Positions 58,904-64,000 of a DNA stretch of 64,000 nt are shown here, in pieces; the stretch's first letter is position 1; each line of letters opens with the position of its first letter. This stretch comes from Ostreococcus lucimarinus. Taxonomy: Eukaryota. Below the pieces are notes generated by a model. It saw only the letters and a list, made by a program, of their open reading frames with translations, did no database searches and was not told the origin of the DNA. The position numbers and the translations under genes were made by a program. The stretch lies in the NCBI GenBank assembly GCA_000092065.1, contig CP000585.1; one strand, 5' to 3'.

Positions 58904-60094
58904 TTACACGCCGAGACGGGCGCGAAGCTCGCGAAGGGCGGCGTCGACGTCGACGTCCATGGCGACGGAGACGCGCGGACGGTCGGACCAGGCGTTGCGG
59001 AAGAGCCAGGCGCGGCGAGCGTCGAGGAAGACGGCGCCGCGGGCGCAGTCGCGGGCGAGCGCGACGCGGACGGCGCCGCGGCGGAAAGTGAAGACGGCAT
59101 CGCGGACGTGAGGGAGGGCTAAGAGCAGAGCGGTGGGATCGTGGACGTAGATGCCGTCGAAGTCGGCGACGCGGAGGTGATACGCCTTGTAGAATTGGGT
59201 GGCGTCGTGAAGAAAGGCGCGGAGGAGGTTGGAGCATCGACGCGGCGGCGAGACGGCGTCGGCGTCGCGGAGAACGGTTTCCAAACGCTCGATCTCGGCG
59301 CCAGAAAGACGCACTCGAGTCGTCACGTCGAGACCTACGACGAAGGTGCGCTCGAACGCGCCGAAAACCTCATCCGCGGCCTCGGGGTCGCCTAAAATAT
59401 TCGCCTCCGCCGCCGGATTTACGTTGCCGTTTACCTCAAACGCGCCTCCGAGCACGACGAGCTCACCCATGGTTTCCGAGCACTCGGGATGCCGCCGAAA
59501 CGTCAGCGCTATGTTTGTCAACGGCGCGAGCGCCAGCACCGTCACCTCGCCCGGGTACTTGGCGCACATCTCCGCTATAAAATCCGCCGCCTCTCGCCCC
59601 GCTCGGTGTTCCACCGCGCTCTCCTCGGGCCGCGTCTCGTACGCGCCGCGCACGCCCCCGAACCCGTCTTCGCCGTGCACGAAATCCGCGACCAACACCG
59701 CGGAATCGTCCGCCGTGGACGCGCCCGCGCCCGATCGGTCGTCCTCGTCGAGCGCCGCCAGCGGCGCGCGCGCGCCGTCGACCACCGGCAACCGCGCGCC
59801 GGCTTCGCGCCTCCACGACCCGGCGAGCGCGCACATCTCGACGAGCGTGCGCGCGTTTCGCGTCGCGTCGTCGCGCCGAACGTTGCCGAAGACGGTGGTG
59901 AGGCCGAGGACTTCGACCTCGGTCGACATCGTTTCGAGCGCGAGCGCGATGGCGAAGGCGTCGTCGACGCCGGGATCGGTGTCGATGATGAGCTTGCGCG
60001 GCGGCGGCGACGCCGGCGTCGACGCGGGAGACGCCGTCCGCGTCGAGGAGGCGTCGACGGGCGCGTTAGTGTGTGTCGTCGCGGGAGACGACAT
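58904..60094 (-). CDS. URH: Inosine-uridine preferring nucleoside hydrolase family protein
   Basis: The N-terminal signature KLIIDTDPGVDDAFAIALAL (the DxDxxxDD Ca2+-binding motif), plus length and collinearity with IU-NH. ATG at 60094. Confidence 0.85.
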   Translation of the reverse strand: MSSPATTHTNAPVDASSTRTASPASTPASPPPRKLIIDTDPGVDDAFAIALALETMSTEVEVLGLTTVFGNVRRDDATRNARTLVEMCALAGSWRREAGARLPVVDGARAPLAALDEDDRSGAGASTADDSAVLVADFVHGEDGFGGVRGAYETRPEESAVEHRAGREAADFIAEMCAKYPGEVTVLALAPLTNIALTFRRHPECSETMGELVVLGGAFEVNGNVNPAAEANILGDPEAADEVFGAFERTFVVGLDVTTRVRLSGAEIERLETVLRDADAVSPPRRCSNLLRAFLHDATQFYKAYHLRVADFDGIYVHDPTALLLALPHVRDAVFTFRRGAVRVALARDCARGAVFLDARRAWLFRNAWSDRPRVSVAMDVDVDAALRELRARLGV

Positions 60095-60350
60095 CCGCGT
60101 CGAGGAGGCGTCGACGCGCGCGTCGATGAGTGTCGTCGCGCCTACGGCGAAGACAGTTGACCTCGAGCGCGCGCGCGAAGGAGAGAGGGAGACGCGCGCG
60201 CGTCGTTCGAGCCGAGCGCGGACGCGAGACGCGAATCGTTGAATGATGCGTGGCGCGTAGGCACGCGCTCACGCGCTAACGGTGCGATTTCGACGCGATT
60301 GTCGTTCTACTTGCGCTACGTTTGTTGCTCGGGACTGGGCAGCCTGGAAG

Positions 60351-61315
60351 TCATCGCTCGTCCTCGTCTTCGTCGTCTTCGTCCCAGAAATCCTTGATGG
60401 CGCGGATCGTGGATTGTAACTTGGGTTTGTTCACGAGTTTGCGTCGCAGACCGTAGCCACCGTCGGTCTCCATGACGAGATTAGGTCCGGTTAAGAAGGC
60501 CAACGCGGCGCCGCCGACGAGTCCGCCGGCGTGCCCCCAATTGTCTATTCGTCTACTCGTGAGACCGAAACCCATGTTCACCGCCAACGCCGTGCCGAGT
60601 TGTTGCAGCTGCATGTCCGCGCGCTCGCCTAAATATCGCTTGTGGCGCTGCAAGTACACCGCCAACGCGCCGGCCAAGCCGAAGACGGCGCCGCTCGCGC
60701 CGACGCTATTCGACGCGCAAAACCGATAACTCGCGTAATTTCCAGCCACGCCCGCGCCGAAATACACCGCTAAAAACTGTTCGCGCCCGAACGTCGCCTC
60801 CATGAGCGGTCCGATGCTGTTCAACGAGTACATATTCACCATCAAGTGCGGCAGCCCGCCGTGCAAAAAAATCGGCGTCGCCAACCGCCACAGCTGCCCC
60901 GCGGCGATCCGTTCGTTCACCTTCGCCCCGAGCGCGGTGATCGCCTGTCCGCTCAAAATCTGTAACGCGAACGCGCTCGCCGTGCCGATCATGATGGCGT
61001 TCGTGCACGCGCGATCGGGATCGTCGAACACGCCGCGCGCCGCCGCGCGGCGTCCGCCCTCGCGTCGTCGCCCCCCTCCTCGCGCCCCGTCCGCGCGCTC
61101 GCCCGGGCCCGCGAGCGCCGCGCCGAGCGCGACCGCGTTCGCCGCCTTCCCGACCATCGGCGCCGCGCGTCGCGCGCCGTCGCGCACCGCCCGCGCCGTC
61201 GCCGTCGCGTCCTCGCGCGCGCGTCGCCGTCGTCGTCGTCGCGCGTCGCGCGTCGCGTCGTCGCCGCGATCGAACGCGCCGAGCCCGCGACCGAGCGCGA
61301 CGAAGCGCGTCATCT

Positions 61316-61346
<31 letters not shown>

Positions 61347-61565
61347 TCCGCCGGCGCGGCGTCGGCGTGTGCGGCGGACGACGCGCGTCGTCAGAGCGAC
61401 GCGCGCGATGGCGACGGCGACGCGCGCGACGGCGTCGATCGCGTCGAGCGCGCGCGCGCGCGTTCGAGCGCGGCGGACGACGACGACGACGCGCGCGCGC
61501 GACGACGACGCGGACGCGGGACTGAAGGCGGCGTGGTACGGCGCGGAAGCGTTCGGCAATCTCAT
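60351..61565 (-). CDS. Rhomboid-family intramembrane serine protease. The true start is probably an internal Met near 61312 or 61157, which would make the N-terminal ~85-135 codons non-coding.
   Basis: WRLATPIFLHGGLPHLMVNMYSL, the GASGAVFGLAG catalytic Ser motif, and the downstream His in NWGHAGGLVGG. There are 6-7 hydrophobic helices. The upstream Arg-rich part overlaps the divergent DUF2358-like gene. Confidence 0.75.
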
Positions 61566-62262
61566 CGGCGCGACGCGCGCGACGACGACGCACGGGACGA
61601 CGACGACGACGACGGCGATGACGCGCGAGGGCGCGCTCGAGTCGATTCGCGCGGATTACGCCGAGGAGTACTTCGTGAGCGGGCGAGGCGAGATGGCGGC
61701 GTACGCGGGCGACTGCGAGTTCGCCGATCCGTTCGTGTCGTTCCGAGGTTTGGATAGATTTCGCGCGAACGTGGCGAACTTGGGAGGGATGATGCGGGAG
61801 GTTGATCTGCAGATTAAGTCGTTCGAGGAGACGGAGGACGGGGTGCAGACGGAGTGGAGGTTTTCTTGCGTTTTAGACTTACCCTGGAGGCCGATGCTCG
61901 CGGCGAGCGGGGGCACGACGCACGTGTTAAACGACGAGAATCGGGTGGTTCGGCACTACGAGCGGTGGGACGTCGATCCGAAGAAGGTGTTGGGGCAGCT
62001 CTTGAAGCCGGCGTCGAAGATTCCGGAGAACCAGGCGGAGGTGTTCATGGCGTCGGCGGGGTCGGGGGACGTCGTCGGCGCGTTGGGCGCCGTCGCGCCG
62101 GTGCTGCTTCGCGCGAGCGCGCCGCTGTGGTTGACGTCGGCGGCGCTGCGCGCGGGGACGCACACGGAATCGACTGGGATCGAGGGTTTCTTCGGTTGGC
62201 TTTTCGCGTTGGCTTGCGTGAGCCAAGTCGCCAAGTTCTTGCGCGGCATCGGAATTTCTTAA
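61408..62262 (+). CDS. Plastid-targeted DUF2358-like (NTF2-like fold) protein
   Basis: After an Ala/Thr/Arg-rich transit peptide comes SIRADYAEEYFVSGRGEMAAYAGDCEFADPFVSFRGLDRFRANVANLGG...WRFSCVLDLPWRPMLAASGGTTHVL. I recall this pattern from the cyanobacterial/plant DUF2358 family. ATG at 61408. Confidence 0.55.
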   Translation: MATATRATASIASSARARVRARRTTTTTRARDDDADAGLKAAWYGAEAFGNLIGATRATTTHGTTTTTTAMTREGALESIRADYAEEYFVSGRGEMAAYAGDCEFADPFVSFRGLDRFRANVANLGGMMREVDLQIKSFEETEDGVQTEWRFSCVLDLPWRPMLAASGGTTHVLNDENRVVRHYERWDVDPKKVLGQLLKPASKIPENQAEVFMASAGSGDVVGALGAVAPVLLRASAPLWLTSAALRAGTHTESTGIEGFFGWLFALACVSQVAKFLRGIGIS

Positions 62263-62329
62263 ACGCGTGAATCTATCCGTCTATTAGTTCTTACATGTGG
62301 ATTGTTTTGTAGTGCTACGTATCGCTGAC

Positions 62330-63739
62330 TCAGTTGCGCTTGTGACGCTGCACTTTTTGAATCCCTCGAGTGGGCGTCTCCACAGCCTTTCGCTTCATCG
62401 AAGCCGGCTTCGGTGGGATTGAATCTTCTCTCTTGATTTCGCCCGCCGACGCGACGCGCCTCGGGACGATTTTGTGTTCCAAGCCGCCGACCGCCTTCTT
62501 CGCCTCTACGTCCGCCATTCCCGGAATGTACCCCGGCGTCTTACCCTTCGCGACGAGCCGTTCGTACACGGTGACAAGTTTTTTACGCACGCGCAAGAGT
62601 TCAATCGTTTCCTCGCGCAGCTTTAGCCAACCAGCGCACACCGCGTGCGTGTTCATCGAGGGCGTCTTCACGCCGAGGTCTTCTAAGGACTGATCGATAC
62701 GTTTAGCGAATCGCGCGCCGCCTTGCGCCGCGTTAGCTTGTTCGTTCGCGACGGTGATGAAATGCTGCCCGCGCAAGTACGGCCCGGGCTTCAACGCCGC
62801 CGAGCCTCTGAGTGGCAACTCGGGCGCCAACGTCTCAAAGTCGGCGCGAACGTCGTCTATGGACACTGGATTCTGCACCATGTGCGTGCGTGAGGTGGAG
62901 AACACCGCCGTGGCCTTTTGCAACAAGGCTTGATTTTCCGTTCGTCGTCGCTTTTCAATCTCTCGCACGCGCTTTAAAATCTCAGCCTCTTCCTTCATCT
63001 CTCCGTTGGTACGATTCAGCAGCGTGTTCAGCGCCACCTTTCTGTCGAGCTCGTGTTGGGCGTTGAACGGCATTTTCACGATTTGATGCGCCGCCGCCTC
63101 CTCGGGCGATTCCGCGCGCGTCTCAATCAACGTCTTCGCAATGCTATAGTATCTCACCTTCAAATCTTCCACCGTACGCGTCTGTTGACTTGCGAAATCC
63201 CATCGATCGACGACGACGATGAATCGCAAGTCAAACCGCTCCAGTTGTTCAAACAAATAATCCGTCTCCTCCTTCGTCCACGAATCGTCCAAGTGTTTCA
63301 GCACTCTTTCGTACTCATCGCTCGTGTACTTCAACATCTCAATCTTTTTGTTATATTTCGCGAACGCGTAATCCCCGCCCACGTCTCCGCCGTTCGTCCC
63401 CATGAGCGTCGGCTGCGCGCCGCCGACGGCTTTCTTCACCCAGTGCTTCAGTTGCAATTGATCCGTTCGCGCGCTGTTCCGAAACGGCTGCCACTGCCAC
63501 GTCACCGTGCGCGCGGTGATTTTGCGTTTATCCTTCATTCCGTGCAGCGACAGCGCGCTCGGGACGATGGCGGCGCGCGCGTCGTCGCGTTCGTCGTCGC
63601 CCTCGCGTCCGCGCGTGATCTGCCACACCTCTCTGTGGACACCTTTCGGCGGTTTGAGCGACGGTTTCGCCTTGGCGCGCGATTTCGGGGCGCTCGCGCC
63701 GCCGCGCGGGATGCCTAGGATGTCTTTCGCGTCCGCCAT
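62330..63739 (-). CDS. DMAP1: DMAP1/SWC4 (SANT-domain subunit of NuA4/SWR1-type chromatin complexes)
   Basis: The N-terminus is MADAKDILGIP. A SANT/Myb-like domain follows (WTKEETDYLFEQLERFDLRFIVVVDRW...RTVEDLKVRYYSIAKTL), then a C-terminal coiled-coil DMAP1-type region. ATG at 63739. Confidence 0.8.
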   Translation of the reverse strand: MADAKDILGIPRGGASAPKSRAKAKPSLKPPKGVHREVWQITRGREGDDERDDARAAIVPSALSLHGMKDKRKITARTVTWQWQPFRNSARTDQLQLKHWVKKAVGGAQPTLMGTNGGDVGGDYAFAKYNKKIEMLKYTSDEYERVLKHLDDSWTKEETDYLFEQLERFDLRFIVVVDRWDFASQQTRTVEDLKVRYYSIAKTLIETRAESPEEAAAHQIVKMPFNAQHELDRKVALNTLLNRTNGEMKEEAEILKRVREIEKRRRTENQALLQKATAVFSTSRTHMVQNPVSIDDVRADFETLAPELPLRGSAALKPGPYLRGQHFITVANEQANAAQGGARFAKRIDQSLEDLGVKTPSMNTHAVCAGWLKLREETIELLRVRKKLVTVYERLVAKGKTPGYIPGMADVEAKKAVGGLEHKIVPRRVASAGEIKREDSIPPKPASMKRKAVETPTRGIQKVQRHKRN

Positions 63740-64000
63740 CGTGCGTCGAGGCGCGCGCGCGACGGAGAGTGGCGTCGCGGAGCGCGAATTCACGAGAACC
63801 TCGCCCCGACGACGATTCGCCGCACACGCCGACGCGCCGGCGCGCGCGCGCGCTCGAACGTCGGTGACGATGAGCGAAACGGCGACGGTGACGTACCTGG
63901 AGAAATTCGTGGACAGTGCGTGCGCGAGAGCGAGGCGAGAGCGAGGCGAAGGGTGAAATTTCGCTCGGACGACCGAGGACGATCGAGCTCGAACGCGAAG

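Noticed and set aside
1-64000. Interpretation as a bacterial or archaeal high-GC contig with operons
   Set aside because: There are spliceosomal introns that split conserved domains. The window has no Shine-Dalgarno-like spacing. It holds eukaryote-only families (Rab18, UBE2S, Sin3 PAH, nucleoporin, DMAP1, SEC11, OSCP with presequence). The gene order mixes strands with no functional grouping.
63794-64000. Possible start of a further gene at the right edge of the window
   Set aside because: Only ~200 bp are available, and the frames there are Arg/Ala low-complexity with no motif. I cannot support a call.

Overview
This 64-kb window is a very GC-rich (~65-70%), gene-dense stretch of a eukaryotic nuclear chromosome, not a prokaryotic locus. 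About 37 protein-coding genes sit roughly 1.7 kb apart. Most are single-exon; a few have short introns with canonical GTGAGT/GTGCGT...CAG boundaries. Several encode products with organelle-type presequences (ClpP, Deg protease, ATP synthase OSCP, MscS, rhomboid, DEAD-box RH3-like helicase). These traits, plus a flagellar WD40/coiled-coil gene (CFAP57-like), point to a prasinophyte green alga of the Mamiellales; Micromonas-like is a compositional guess. Products I could recognise are: 3-dehydroquinate synthase; SEC11 signal peptidase; a UBE2S-like E2; ClpP; M17 leucyl aminopeptidase; a secreted-looking RCC1-repeat protein; an Alba-like protein; a tRNA adenosine deaminase; a GYF protein; cyclophilin; DegP/HtrA protease; PAH (Sin3-type) domain proteins; Rab18; ATP synthase OSCP; a Kelch-propeller membrane protein; a beta-lactamase-like membrane protein; MscS channel; a CMGC kinase; a Nup214-like FG nucleoporin; a DnaJ-FN3 protein; a 1494-aa patatin phospholipase; a tail-anchored WD40/coiled-coil protein; a TPR protein; a DEAD-box helicase; a nucleoside hydrolase; rhomboid; a DUF2358-like protein; and DMAP1/SWC4. 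Genes are packed as divergent pairs with under 170 bp between start codons and convergent pairs whose stop codons lie 17-140 bp apart. I found no rRNA, tRNA, CRISPR array or transposon. The extreme GC content generates many long spurious antisense ORFs rich in Arg/Ala/Gly, which I reject. The most interesting points are: two intron models I reconstructed by hand, one splitting a PAH domain and one in OSCP; perfect in-frame tandem repeats in the FG nucleoporin; a triplicated coiled-coil module in a tail-anchored WD40 protein; a signal-peptide-bearing RCC1 protein; and microsatellites inside bidirectional promoters. Nothing here resembles a prokaryotic defence or operon-type system.
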